Of a stretch of DNA of 64,000 nt, positions 11,930-20,886 are shown one piece after another; position 1 is the stretch's first letter; each line of letters begins with the position of its first letter. The notes under the pieces were generated by a model that was not told where the DNA came from, ran no database searches, and saw only the letters and a program-made list of their open reading frames with translations. The DNA comes from a bacterium (GTDB lineage Bacteria; Vulcanimicrobiota; Xenobia; Xenobiales; JADMJV01). The stretch is from contig JASBRJ010000274.1 of NCBI GenBank assembly GCA_030149525.1, forward strand, positions 14,160 to 78,159, given 5' to 3'. A program made the translations under genes and the position numbers.

Positions 11930-12429
11930 AGCAAACCTTCTATCTCACCCGGCGGTAGGGAAAGGCCGAACATCTCGTTGTACCAGATTCCGTCGATGGC
12001 CGCTCTTATGAGACTGGCATCTATGGGATCATGTCCGTCGGATAGAGCTTTCGCATGCCAGGTCGTAAAACGTTCTTGAGCCAGCACCAACAGTTCGGGC
12101 TCGATGGCAAGTATCGCAAACAGAGTGTGGATCTCCCGCACGTGGGCGGCCCGCTTGCTGGGGAAGCTGGCACGAATGTAAGCCAGAAGCCAGGTCTTCG
12201 CTCCCTTCTCTAACTCTTCTTGGACCGCTTTGTCGAACTCGTCCAAGAGTCCTAACACCAGGTTCTCCAGGAGAGATTTCTTCGTCCCGAAGTGATAGAG
12301 GATTCCACCTTTGCTGACTCCGGCACGTTTAGCGACTGTGGAAAGTGTGAGTTGAGAAGCGCCGCCTTCCAGCGCGACCTGACGCCCGGCTTCCAGCAGT
12401 TTATTTCGAGTTTCTTCGGCCTTACCCAT
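11896..12429 (-). CDS. TetR/AcrR family regulator
   Basis: VAKRAGVSKGGILYHFGTK HTH. Confidence 0.92.
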   Translation of the reverse strand: MGKAEETRNKLLEAGRQVALEGGASQLTLSTVAKRAGVSKGGILYHFGTKKSLLENLVLGLLDEFDKAVQEELEKGAKTWLLAYIRASFPSKRAAHVREIHTLFAILAIEPELLVLAQERFTTWHAKALSDGHDPIDASLIRAAIDGIWYNEMFGLSLPPGEIEGLLQRLEDMASRE

Positions 12430-12457
12430 AGGGCCCCGTTCGCGGAGTCGCTACCAT

Positions 12458-12775
12458 TTAACCTTGCGAGGTTCGAACCAGAATCGCACCACCGATAATG
12501 AGAATGGAACCCCAGGTTTGTTGTGGAGTGATGGTCTCCTGGAAGACCAGGTATCCTGCCAAGAGATTTCCTGTGATCCCAAGCCCCGCCCACAAGCAGT
12601 AGGCGACCGAGAGGGGAATCTCTTTGACCGCCTTGGACAGAAAGAAGATGGATAGGGAGAAGAGCGCCACGCTCAAAAACGTGTGGAAAGACTCCTCAAA
12701 CCCCTTGCTGAGCCGAAGGAATGTGCTGGCAAAAATCTCGCTGACGATAGCGCCGAGTAAAAAGACGTACGACAT
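12458..12775 (-). CDS. SMR/DMT small multidrug efflux protein
   Basis: AIVSE, IPLSVAYCLWAGLG, 4 TM segments; start at MSYVFL. Confidence 0.9.
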   Translation of the reverse strand: MSYVFLLGAIVSEIFASTFLRLSKGFEESFHTFLSVALFSLSIFFLSKAVKEIPLSVAYCLWAGLGITGNLLAGYLVFQETITPQQTWGSILIIGGAILVRTSQG

Positions 12776-12868
12776 AAAACTGACCGTCTGGACGGTTTTC
12801 TCTTTTCGGTCCCATTCCTTCACTTTCACGATGATTTCATGATGATTTTCTAAACTCAAAACACGCTT

Positions 12869-14062
12869 ATGAATGTACTGTCCTCGAAAACACCGACAAG
12901 ATTAGCTCCCATGCAGCCTCCCCAGGGTGGATTCGCCCTGGCGGGACAGATGGATCAGGAGATACGGTCAGGCTCCTTAGACTCTTTGGAACTCCGGTAT
13001 GTCAACGATTCCTATGAGAGGGAAAAGGCTCGGACTCTCGCCGACTTCGGCATGAAGTCCGCTGTCTACGGCACAATGGGTCTCTTGGGTGGCTTTGCTT
13101 TGACTGAGGGCCTGCCCCTGGGGGCGGCTGTGGGAGTCGGTCTGGGCGCATACCTAGCCTGGAATTCTTCTCTTCGTCATTCTACCGGGAAGGTGACCGT
13201 CAAACACGATGGACAGGTCCGTCAGGCCCGATATTTCGGCTCGGCAAAGAACTACCGTAAGACACCGGAGGAAGTTCGAGCAGAACTCATTCTTAAACAG
13301 GTTCTGGGAGAGCAGATCGGACCCTACACGCCCCGTCCCGGTGAGGTGCCTGAGCCTGAATCTTTAGGAGCCCTCAACGATCGCAGGGAGCAATTGAATG
13401 CACTGAACAAAGAGAGACGTCTGGTGGCAGACTTCGGTCAGAAATCACATTATGGATATCAGGTCATCAATTTAGTTGACGATCTTACGGCGGCGAAGTT
13501 GATCAAGGGGGGCAAGGACGTCTACGCCGTCAGTGGAAGTTCGGCCGACGTCAAGCACACCTTGGAGGTCTCCGGAACCAATGAACGCGGTTCCCAGAGA
13601 CTGGAGCAGTCAGGAACCTATATCGACAGAACTTATGACTACACTTTGACCCCTCTGAAAAGCGAAGAGAGTCTGGATCACATCCCTGACGGCGAGGGAT
13701 TACCCGAGGGGATGGTCGGTGTTTATAAGAATTTTGACTCGTGCTCCGTGAGCATTGCGACCGATAGTCAGACCGGCTACGGCATGGTCGACGGGGAACA
13801 AAGCGCCAACACTCACGAGTTTAGACGATTCAGCCGAGACCGAAGTTTGGACCTGGGCTCTCGGAATAAGGCACAGGTCGTCACGAAAAGCTCCATCAAC
13901 GTGAGAGATCTTGTCACTTTGTCCGGTGTCTTGGGCGGTATGCTCACTGGGATGCATCTGGCTCCCGCTGTAAAAGCGGCCGGGCTGATGGGGGGAGTCA
14001 TCGGTGGTGTGGCAGGACGAGAATTGGGATGGATAGCCCAGGATCATATGCCTCGCTTTTAG
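12869..14062 (+). CDS. Hypothetical glycine-zipper membrane protein (paralog of 14933-16531)
   Basis: GxxxG-rich hydrophobic segments; blocks shared with the downstream ORFs. Confidence 0.7.
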   Translation: MNVLSSKTPTRLAPMQPPQGGFALAGQMDQEIRSGSLDSLELRYVNDSYEREKARTLADFGMKSAVYGTMGLLGGFALTEGLPLGAAVGVGLGAYLAWNSSLRHSTGKVTVKHDGQVRQARYFGSAKNYRKTPEEVRAELILKQVLGEQIGPYTPRPGEVPEPESLGALNDRREQLNALNKERRLVADFGQKSHYGYQVINLVDDLTAAKLIKGGKDVYAVSGSSADVKHTLEVSGTNERGSQRLEQSGTYIDRTYDYTLTPLKSEESLDHIPDGEGLPEGMVGVYKNFDSCSVSIATDSQTGYGMVDGEQSANTHEFRRFSRDRSLDLGSRNKAQVVTKSSINVRDLVTLSGVLGGMLTGMHLAPAVKAAGLMGGVIGGVAGRELGWIAQDHMPRF

Positions 14063-14134
14063 CTTCGTCTCGTTTTCAGTTCGATTTCAGCCTCCTACGA
14101 TAAGCTAACAGCAATCAAAAAGCGGAGGAAATCC

Positions 14135-14926
14135 ATGTCTATGACTCTCAACGCTTCTTCTCACTCCAATGCAAGTAAAAAGGTAGTCGTTACAAGCGGG
14201 ACCCAGAGATCCCAGGTGTCTACCGAATCCCAAATGTTCTCCAAAGATGCCCCGGTAGTGACCGGCGAGCAGGGGATGAGCACCCAAGAAACTTTTGAAA
14301 TGGCCGCACCTGGTCAACAAGACTTTAGCGCCGAGCAATCGCTGGCCAAACTGGCCCGTGCTTCGGCATCTCCCAAGACTCATGGGAGCAGCTTTTCGAG
14401 CCTCGATGCCGACGACAAAAAAGAAGTTCGTCGCATCATGAAAGACCTCAACAAACAGGCTCGACTTTTCGCTCGTAATGAGGAGGGGCAACTGGTTCGC
14501 ATCGGCCCTGGTACCGGCAAAGAGCTCTTGGATGCCAACAAGCCTATTGAGATTGTGAGCAGACTGGGCTCCATCAGGACAGAGACGGGTGAGTCGAAGC
14601 GTCACAGTGTTCACAAAGAAGACTGGTTCAGTGTCGACGACAAATACAGTTCTTCTAGCTCAAGCTCCGAGAAAATCGATAAGCTCGAGTACTCGGCCTG
14701 GCCTATCACCCAGTGGGATAGCCTTCTCTGGCATGATGAAGACGACATGCAAGGCGTTCCAGGGACACCGATTCTACCTGCCAACGGACAGCCTGTTGTG
14801 GTTTCTCGTGAGTGGGAGTCGAAGTGGAGTCGCTACTCCGAAGAGAATGTTGGATTCTTCACTGTGGATACCACAATCGACAGAGCCTCTGGTCACTCCA
14901 ACATACGAGAAGTTCCCAACTCCTAG
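14135..14926 (+). CDS. Hypothetical protein (distant paralog of the flanking ORFs' core)
   Basis: GGAGG RBS; LNKQARLFA resembles LNKERRLVA. Confidence 0.7.
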   Translation: MSMTLNASSHSNASKKVVVTSGTQRSQVSTESQMFSKDAPVVTGEQGMSTQETFEMAAPGQQDFSAEQSLAKLARASASPKTHGSSFSSLDADDKKEVRRIMKDLNKQARLFARNEEGQLVRIGPGTGKELLDANKPIEIVSRLGSIRTETGESKRHSVHKEDWFSVDDKYSSSSSSSEKIDKLEYSAWPITQWDSLLWHDEDDMQGVPGTPILPANGQPVVVSREWESKWSRYSEENVGFFTVDTTIDRASGHSNIREVPNS

Positions 14927-14932
14927 ATCAGC

Positions 14933-16531
14933 GTGAATATTCCCTCTTCCCAAACGGGCCTGCGAGCAGCGTCCGGTAGGCTCCCTATGGTCTCCGGGCA
15001 GGCGCTTGGCCGGGTCGACGAAGCGCTTTCTCAGGGAGAACTTCCTCAAGACATCTTTCTTCAGCAAGATGCTGAGAGTGGAGGCTTGTCCCTGGTATCG
15101 CGCTCCGGTCCGGGAGCAGTTCCTTTGGACGGTAACCGGAGTGGAGTGAAGAACGCTCGCAACGGTACGCTAGCACGGTCTCTCGCAGGAGCACCTCTCT
15201 TCATGGCACCGGGTGCCATGTTGGGATATGTGGGGATGCCTGGATATCCCCTGGTGGGGGCTGCGGTGGGTGCCGGGGTCGGTTTGGCCATGCTCTACGA
15301 TGTTATCAATCGTGACCGGGGCGAGGTGGAAGTCAACTCGTCGGTGGGAGAGGGCACTAGAACGTGGTGGGGGACGCCGGAGAACTATGAAAAGACTCCT
15401 CAAGAGCAACACCTAATTCTTAACGCCTCGGGTGCCCTGGGGGACAGGGTCGTTCCTGTTCAGAACTATATCCCGCCGGGCGGTTCCGATCCTCAGCTCT
15501 TGAGAGAGTTGGATTCCCACAAGGAGAGACTCAAGGCTCTCGGTTCAGAGCGACGCCTCCTTGCTGATCTGGGAGGCAAGACTCGATACGGTCAACCTGC
15601 CCTTCAGTTGATTGACGCCGGTGCTGCCCGCGAGTTGATGAGTCGAGGCCAAAGTGTTCACCTGATCGATTGCGACGAGGTTTCCGAGGTGGTGAAACGT
15701 TTCCAATCGGAGTCACACTCAGGCACCCATGACAAAAAAGCCGTCGAAAGCTACAGCTACACTGAGAGCAGTTTCTCTTACCGATTACAGGAGTTGAGGA
15801 CGCCGGCCGACCTGCACGACGCGGGTGACGGCAAAGGTCTGCCGGAAAATTTTCTGGGCGTACCCCGAGATAGCAACCGCTTTAGTAAGAATACGCGCTT
15901 CGGCCAAGCCAAAGCCGACAGAGTGCGCGAGGGCAAAGACGACAAAACCACAGAGTCACACAGTCAGACGGTGATCGGTCCGGGCGAGATCAAGAAGGAT
16001 TCCGCTCTCCTCAACTCCATTCGCTCCATGACCGACCCGTCCACTCGTGGATACGCCATAGCAGGCGGTGTGCTTGGAATGTGTGCGGGTCTTGCCGTTC
16101 CTGGAGTTGACCCCGCTTGTGCCGCCACTCTGGGTGGAGTCGCCGGTCATTTCGTAGGCCGGGTGAGTGTGGCGAAAGCGGCGCGCAACAGAGAGTCTGC
16201 GCCTATCTTAAAGAAGGTTCTTGCAGGAGCCGGTGCGATAGCCGGGGTCGGACTTGGAGTCATGGCTGCCGCCCAAACTGGAGACGTAGGCATGGTAGCC
16301 GCCTCGACTGTGGCCGGACTCGGAGGAGCCAGCGCCGGACTGTGGTTGATGAGGGGTAAGCCTCACGCCGCCGAAGCCGCCCTGGGTGGCTTTGCACTGG
16401 GAGGAGCGCTAGGCATAGCCAACTCTTTTATCGGTCCGAGTTTGCCGGCTACTATCGCCCTGGGGGCTTTAGGGGCCAGTCTTGGTGGGACGGTGGGCTA
16501 CTTGATGGCCGACCGCAAGCCCGGAGTTTAG
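14933..16531 (+). CDS. Hypothetical glycine-zipper membrane protein
   Basis: Several C-terminal Gly-zipper helices; core shared with 12869-14062. Confidence 0.7.
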   Translation: MNIPSSQTGLRAASGRLPMVSGQALGRVDEALSQGELPQDIFLQQDAESGGLSLVSRSGPGAVPLDGNRSGVKNARNGTLARSLAGAPLFMAPGAMLGYVGMPGYPLVGAAVGAGVGLAMLYDVINRDRGEVEVNSSVGEGTRTWWGTPENYEKTPQEQHLILNASGALGDRVVPVQNYIPPGGSDPQLLRELDSHKERLKALGSERRLLADLGGKTRYGQPALQLIDAGAARELMSRGQSVHLIDCDEVSEVVKRFQSESHSGTHDKKAVESYSYTESSFSYRLQELRTPADLHDAGDGKGLPENFLGVPRDSNRFSKNTRFGQAKADRVREGKDDKTTESHSQTVIGPGEIKKDSALLNSIRSMTDPSTRGYAIAGGVLGMCAGLAVPGVDPACAATLGGVAGHFVGRVSVAKAARNRESAPILKKVLAGAGAIAGVGLGVMAAAQTGDVGMVAASTVAGLGGASAGLWLMRGKPHAAEAALGGFALGGALGIANSFIGPSLPATIALGALGASLGGTVGYLMADRKPGV

Positions 16532-16607
16532 AACTTCAAGCTCCACATGCATCGAATCTCAACAATCTCTGCATTCCACCTTAAAAATCATGGGTTAAAC
16601 TAGTAAC

Positions 16608-16803
16608 AGAAGGTCCTCAGCACAACCGATTCACGAAACATTGAGGCGAAATGCCGTGATCCTGGACTGGGTGGTGTCGTGACATTGTGCTGAAGGTACC
16701 TCTTAAAGAATAAGCCACCTGGACGCACCCGAACGAGTCTAAGTGGCTTATTGACTTTCAGAGGGTTCCCAGCCAACTTTGTAAATCAGTTAGGGCTGGA
16801 GGA
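16608..16803 (+). promoter_or_regulatory. Structured 5' leader (riboswitch/attenuator-like) of the ABC operon
   Basis: Stems TCAGCACAA/TTGTGCTGA (16617-25/16685-93) and AATAAGCCAC/GTGGCTTATT (16709-18/16743-52); CCAGCC/GGCTGG stem overlapping the GGAGG RBS. Confidence 0.5.
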
Positions 16804-16806
16804 TCT

Positions 16807-18588
16807 TTGTTTCGCTCTAACGTGTTTGTTCATCTCGTCTCGATCATGTGGCGCCATTCCAAGGGCCACCGGGGTCGAGTCGTTGCCTATCTGACCCTAT
16901 CAGTGACGGCTATTCTTGTTCAGTTGGCCATTCCGCTGGTGATGGCTCAGTTGATGAACAACCTCCAATCGTTGTCCGGGGCGGCTCTAGCCTCTGAGAC
17001 CAAGCGCCTTCTTCTGCAGTATGTGGCCCTGGGGTTTCTCTTCTGGTTTCTGCATGGTCCAAGCCGGGTGCTTGAGGTGGGCATCGCCTTCAAAGTTAAA
17101 CACGCCTTTCAAGACTGGATGATGAAGCGGGTGACCTCGCTCCCCATGAAGTGGCATAAGGACCACCATTCGGGGAGCATCATCGACGGTATTGCCCGGG
17201 CGGTTTATGCCATGGGCGAGTTCTGTGAGGGAGGCTTTGAGCTTCTTCAGATGGCCACTCGGTTCGTGGGTTCCATCGCCATGCTCACCTGGTTTGCTCC
17301 CGGCATCGGGCTAGGAATGTTGGGCATCGCTTTGCTGGTGGCCTTCGTCATCACCCTCTTCGACCGTTATCTGGTGCCCAAATACGAGAAGCTTAACTAT
17401 CGTTATACTAAAGTGGCGGCGGCCATCCAGGATTATCTCACCAATATCGGTACGGTGCTGAGCTTGCGCTTGGAGAAACGGGTGGTGGAAGAGATCAGCA
17501 CTCGGACTATGGCCAACTACGATCTCTACCGGGGAAACAACACGGTGAACGAGTTGAAGTGGTTTGCCACCTCAAGATTGATCGACGTGGCCCAGGCGGC
17601 CTTTCTGCTCTATTTGATTCTGTCCGTCCCCAACGGGGCCAAGGTGGGGAACGTCTACGCGGTTTCCGAGTACCTCAAGCTGCTGGGTGAAGTGTTCATC
17701 ACTTTCACCTGGAAGTACGGGCGGGTGGTGTCTCAGAGCACCAGGGTGCGTGGCATTCAGTATATCGAAGACGACTACGATCGTCTCATCGGCCAGTCCG
17801 CCACCGCCGAACTTCCCGAGGATTGGAAGGAGTTGACCATCCAGGGGCTCCGCTTTCAGTTTGAGCCCGCCGAGGGTGAGGAGCCGAGAGAGAACGACCG
17901 GCCTTACGCGGTGGATATCGAGAGTCTGAATCTCAAGCGGGGTGTAAGATACGCAGTCGTTGGGGAGAGCGGTGGCGGCAAATCCACCTTTCTGACCCTT
18001 CTACGAGGGCTGAACCAACCTCAAGAGCAGCCTGAAGTGATCTGTGACGGAGAGCCGTTGCCTTACGGTCTTCACCACATCAACCACCACACAACCCTCA
18101 TCCCTCAACATCCGGAAATCTTCTCCGACACCATTCGTTTCAATGTCACCGTGGGAATTCCATGTTCTGATGAGAGGGTTGTTGAGGCCTTGCAAACCGC
18201 GCGTCTGGAGAAGGTTCTCAAACGTCTACCCAACGGTCTGGAAACCAACATCGCCGAGAAAGGCGTCAATCTCAGTGGAGGGGAGCGGCAAAGGTTGGCC
18301 CTTGCCCGAGGAGTCTTCTTCGAAGGGGAGATTCACTCGGCGCTGGTCCTCCTCGACGAACCGACCAGCAGCGTGGACAGCGCCAATGAGCAGAAGATTT
18401 ATGAGAACTTACTGGAGCAGTTTTCCGATCGTTGCGTTCTCTCCGCTCTTCACAAGTTTCATCTCCTCTCTCTCTTCGATGAGGTGATGGTTTTTGAAGA
18501 GGGAAAGCTCACCCACGCCGGTCCTGTGGAGGAGTATATGAGTCGGTTGAATCCTGGGGATACATTGGTGCGGGGTGATGGGGAGTGA
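16807..18588 (+). CDS. ABC exporter, fused permease/ATPase
   Basis: N-terminal TM helices; GESGGGKS, LSGGERQR, LLDEPTS. Confidence 0.92.
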   Translation: MFRSNVFVHLVSIMWRHSKGHRGRVVAYLTLSVTAILVQLAIPLVMAQLMNNLQSLSGAALASETKRLLLQYVALGFLFWFLHGPSRVLEVGIAFKVKHAFQDWMMKRVTSLPMKWHKDHHSGSIIDGIARAVYAMGEFCEGGFELLQMATRFVGSIAMLTWFAPGIGLGMLGIALLVAFVITLFDRYLVPKYEKLNYRYTKVAAAIQDYLTNIGTVLSLRLEKRVVEEISTRTMANYDLYRGNNTVNELKWFATSRLIDVAQAAFLLYLILSVPNGAKVGNVYAVSEYLKLLGEVFITFTWKYGRVVSQSTRVRGIQYIEDDYDRLIGQSATAELPEDWKELTIQGLRFQFEPAEGEEPRENDRPYAVDIESLNLKRGVRYAVVGESGGGKSTFLTLLRGLNQPQEQPEVICDGEPLPYGLHHINHHTTLIPQHPEIFSDTIRFNVTVGIPCSDERVVEALQTARLEKVLKRLPNGLETNIAEKGVNLSGGERQRLALARGVFFEGEIHSALVLLDEPTSSVDSANEQKIYENLLEQFSDRCVLSALHKFHLLSLFDEVMVFEEGKLTHAGPVEEYMSRLNPGDTLVRGDGE

Positions 18589-19561
18589 AGGACCACATTT
18601 CCCAGGAGACGAACTCCACCGGGTGACGGAGAACCTGCCAAGACTGAACGACACTGGTGTACTCTGTCTGGGCGAGTATCGATTTGAGCGTTTAGCTCTC
18701 GGCGCCATGCGACTTCTGTCTACCAACGCCGAGAAAGACGGCCGCTCCATCGAGTGTTACGCCGACCCCGTCGACCCCGAAGCCAATTGTGCCCTGATGC
18801 GGGCGGCCGTGAGCCAGTGCGGTATCGGGTATGTGGATTTTGCCCGAGGGTATGGGGCGCGTCCCGGGGCCGGTGAGCGTTGGTTCATGAAATGGATGGA
18901 GCCTTACCTGAAAGAGGTTTTATGGGCCACCAAGGTGGGCTACGACCGGGATGCCGAGGGCGGTTGGGTTCTCGATCTTGATCCTGATTTTTTGCGCCGA
19001 GAGATTGAACTCAGTGTGGAGTTATTGGGCAAGCCGATTCCTCTTCTCTATCTGACCGCCGGTAGCACCGACGATGTGACCATTCGTCATCGCCAGAAGA
19101 GTGTTGTGGACTCTTTCCGACCGCTCTTAGAGTGTTATGAGCGTGGCGAGGCGACCCATCTCGGGGTGGCCAATGTGACGGCTCAGGAGCTTCAGCAACT
19201 GTTGGACGTAGCCCCCATCGGAATGGTGCAAAACAAATTCACGGTGTCTTCTCTGGCTCAACCGGAGCAGAGGGCGGTGCTCGATCTGTGTCGTTCCAAG
19301 AATATCCCGTTCGTGGCCTGGGGCATATTTCAGTCCGACGACGACGGACCGTGGGTTCCCGGAGATCAACTGGTAGAGGCGGCAAGAGAGATGTCGGTGA
19401 CGCCTCAGGAAGCCTCCATCGCGATTCTCCTCAACTACGACCCCAACTTTGTCGTCCTCACGGGAGTGTCTCGCCCCAAATCGTTAGCATCCAGTGTACG
19501 GGCCGCCAACATGAAGGTGCCTGTGGAAATTCTGAACCGATTCCGATCCGAACGGGACTGA
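18575..19561 (+). CDS. Aldo/keto reductase family protein
   Basis: ALGAM, DFARGYG, ATKVG, LGVAN, VQN motifs. Confidence 0.82.
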   Translation: MMGSEGPHFPGDELHRVTENLPRLNDTGVLCLGEYRFERLALGAMRLLSTNAEKDGRSIECYADPVDPEANCALMRAAVSQCGIGYVDFARGYGARPGAGERWFMKWMEPYLKEVLWATKVGYDRDAEGGWVLDLDPDFLRREIELSVELLGKPIPLLYLTAGSTDDVTIRHRQKSVVDSFRPLLECYERGEATHLGVANVTAQELQQLLDVAPIGMVQNKFTVSSLAQPEQRAVLDLCRSKNIPFVAWGIFQSDDDGPWVPGDQLVEAAREMSVTPQEASIAILLNYDPNFVVLTGVSRPKSLASSVRAANMKVPVEILNRFRSERD

Positions 19562-20886
19562 TGGAAGAGGGGCGGCCAGAGGCGGGACAGGCCGTCGTGT
19601 CGGGCCTTGGCCCCAACGGGGTGGCTGCGGCTCTGGAGCTTTTAAAGAGAGGCTACCGAGTGACGGTGGTGGAGAAACGCTCCAAGTACACGCGCCCTAT
19701 CCATCTCCATCTTCGCTCCACCTACCTGCAGGATATCCGTCGCCTGAGTGAAGAGCTTTTCCAGCGCCTGATGGCTATCGCTACACCCATCGAAGAGAAC
19801 TCGCGAACAGGATCTCAAGCTTGCGACCCCGTCCCCAACTATCTTCAAGACCGACGAGCCACCCCGAGAGAAGGGGAGCCCTGCCCTGTCTGGTCTCGAC
19901 TCTCGACGCCTCCGGAAAGGCATGTGCGTCTGGACAACGCCGAGCGGCTTTTCTACGAGTTTCTTCAGGAAAAGGCTGCGGAGCACGATTCCAAGCTGAC
20001 TATCCGCAGAGGTCCGGTTCTTCAACTTCAACCCACGCCCCACGGTTATTACCGAGTTCTGCTGCAGGGAGAATCGGAAGACTTAGGCGTGCCCGCTCTG
20101 GTGGTGATCGCCGAGGGGGGCAAGAGTGTGACGGTGCGTGATTTGGGGTTGGAGAGTGTTCGATTCTCTTATCCCAAGTATTTCATGAGCGCTCATGTGA
20201 CAGTCCCTTTCGGCCCTCGAACCCGGCGAATCGACACCGACGTTCGCGAACTGGTGGACGACCCTGGAGTGACGCCTGCCGAGGTGAGTCTGTGGGCCAG
20301 CGGGCACGGTGACTCCAATGAGGGGACCTGGGTTGTTCTGGAAGTTCCCGAGGCTCTACTTCATCAGCACCCGGATCAGGCTGAGGAATATTTCCTCAAA
20401 GGGGCGCTTCTTTTGATGGGGGCGCCTGTTGGGGCGGCCGCCAAGGAGCTACGAGCCAAGATCAAGGAGACGTTGCATAAAGGAGCTCTTCTGAGCCGTA
20501 AGCGGGGGGCGAACCTTCCGGGAATGGAAGCGGCCAGCAAGAAGACCTTCGCCGGGACCTTCAAATTCGAACAGCAGTGTCTTCGTTTTCCCGCTGCGGG
20601 TAAAAATGTTGTGGTTTTGGGAGACGCCGCGGGGATGGGGCATCACGCCCTCAGTTCGGGGCTCGAGATGGGAGCCTATGATCTGGTGGCTCTGGGTGTG
20701 CTGTGTGAGGAGCTTCAGCGAGCTTCAGAACCAAAGGAGTGCATCGCTCGATACGCCGAGGCGGTTCGAAACTCCAGGCTGCGACTTTTGGGTCTTGGTA
20801 TGAACGAGTATTACCCGGATTCTGCAGCCGGACGGTTACGGATGCTTCATCGGGCCGCCGAGCTTTTCGGAGAGGGTGAAAGCTGA
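19561..20886 (+). CDS. FAD-dependent monooxygenase (MICAL-like)
   Basis: GLGPNG..VVEKR Rossmann motif and LGDAA; start ATG at 19561 overlaps the upstream TGA. Confidence 0.8.
   Translation: MEEGRPEAGQAVVSGLGPNGVAAALELLKRGYRVTVVEKRSKYTRPIHLHLRSTYLQDIRRLSEELFQRLMAIATPIEENSRTGSQACDPVPNYLQDRRATPREGEPCPVWSRLSTPPERHVRLDNAERLFYEFLQEKAAEHDSKLTIRRGPVLQLQPTPHGYYRVLLQGESEDLGVPALVVIAEGGKSVTVRDLGLESVRFSYPKYFMSAHVTVPFGPRTRRIDTDVRELVDDPGVTPAEVSLWASGHGDSNEGTWVVLEVPEALLHQHPDQAEEYFLKGALLLMGAPVGAAAKELRAKIKETLHKGALLSRKRGANLPGMEAASKKTFAGTFKFEQQCLRFPAAGKNVVVLGDAAGMGHHALSSGLEMGAYDLVALGVLCEELQRASEPKECIARYAEAVRNSRLRLLGLGMNEYYPDSAAGRLRMLHRAAELFGEGES

Noticed and set aside
16611-16702. tRNA-Sec, SRP or 6S RNA
   Set aside because: No TTCGA T-loop, UCA anticodon arm or SRP motif; too short for 6S
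19288-19560. N-terminal extension of the flavoprotein ORF
   Set aside because: Overlaps the AKR gene; the coupled ATG at 19561 directly precedes the FAD motif
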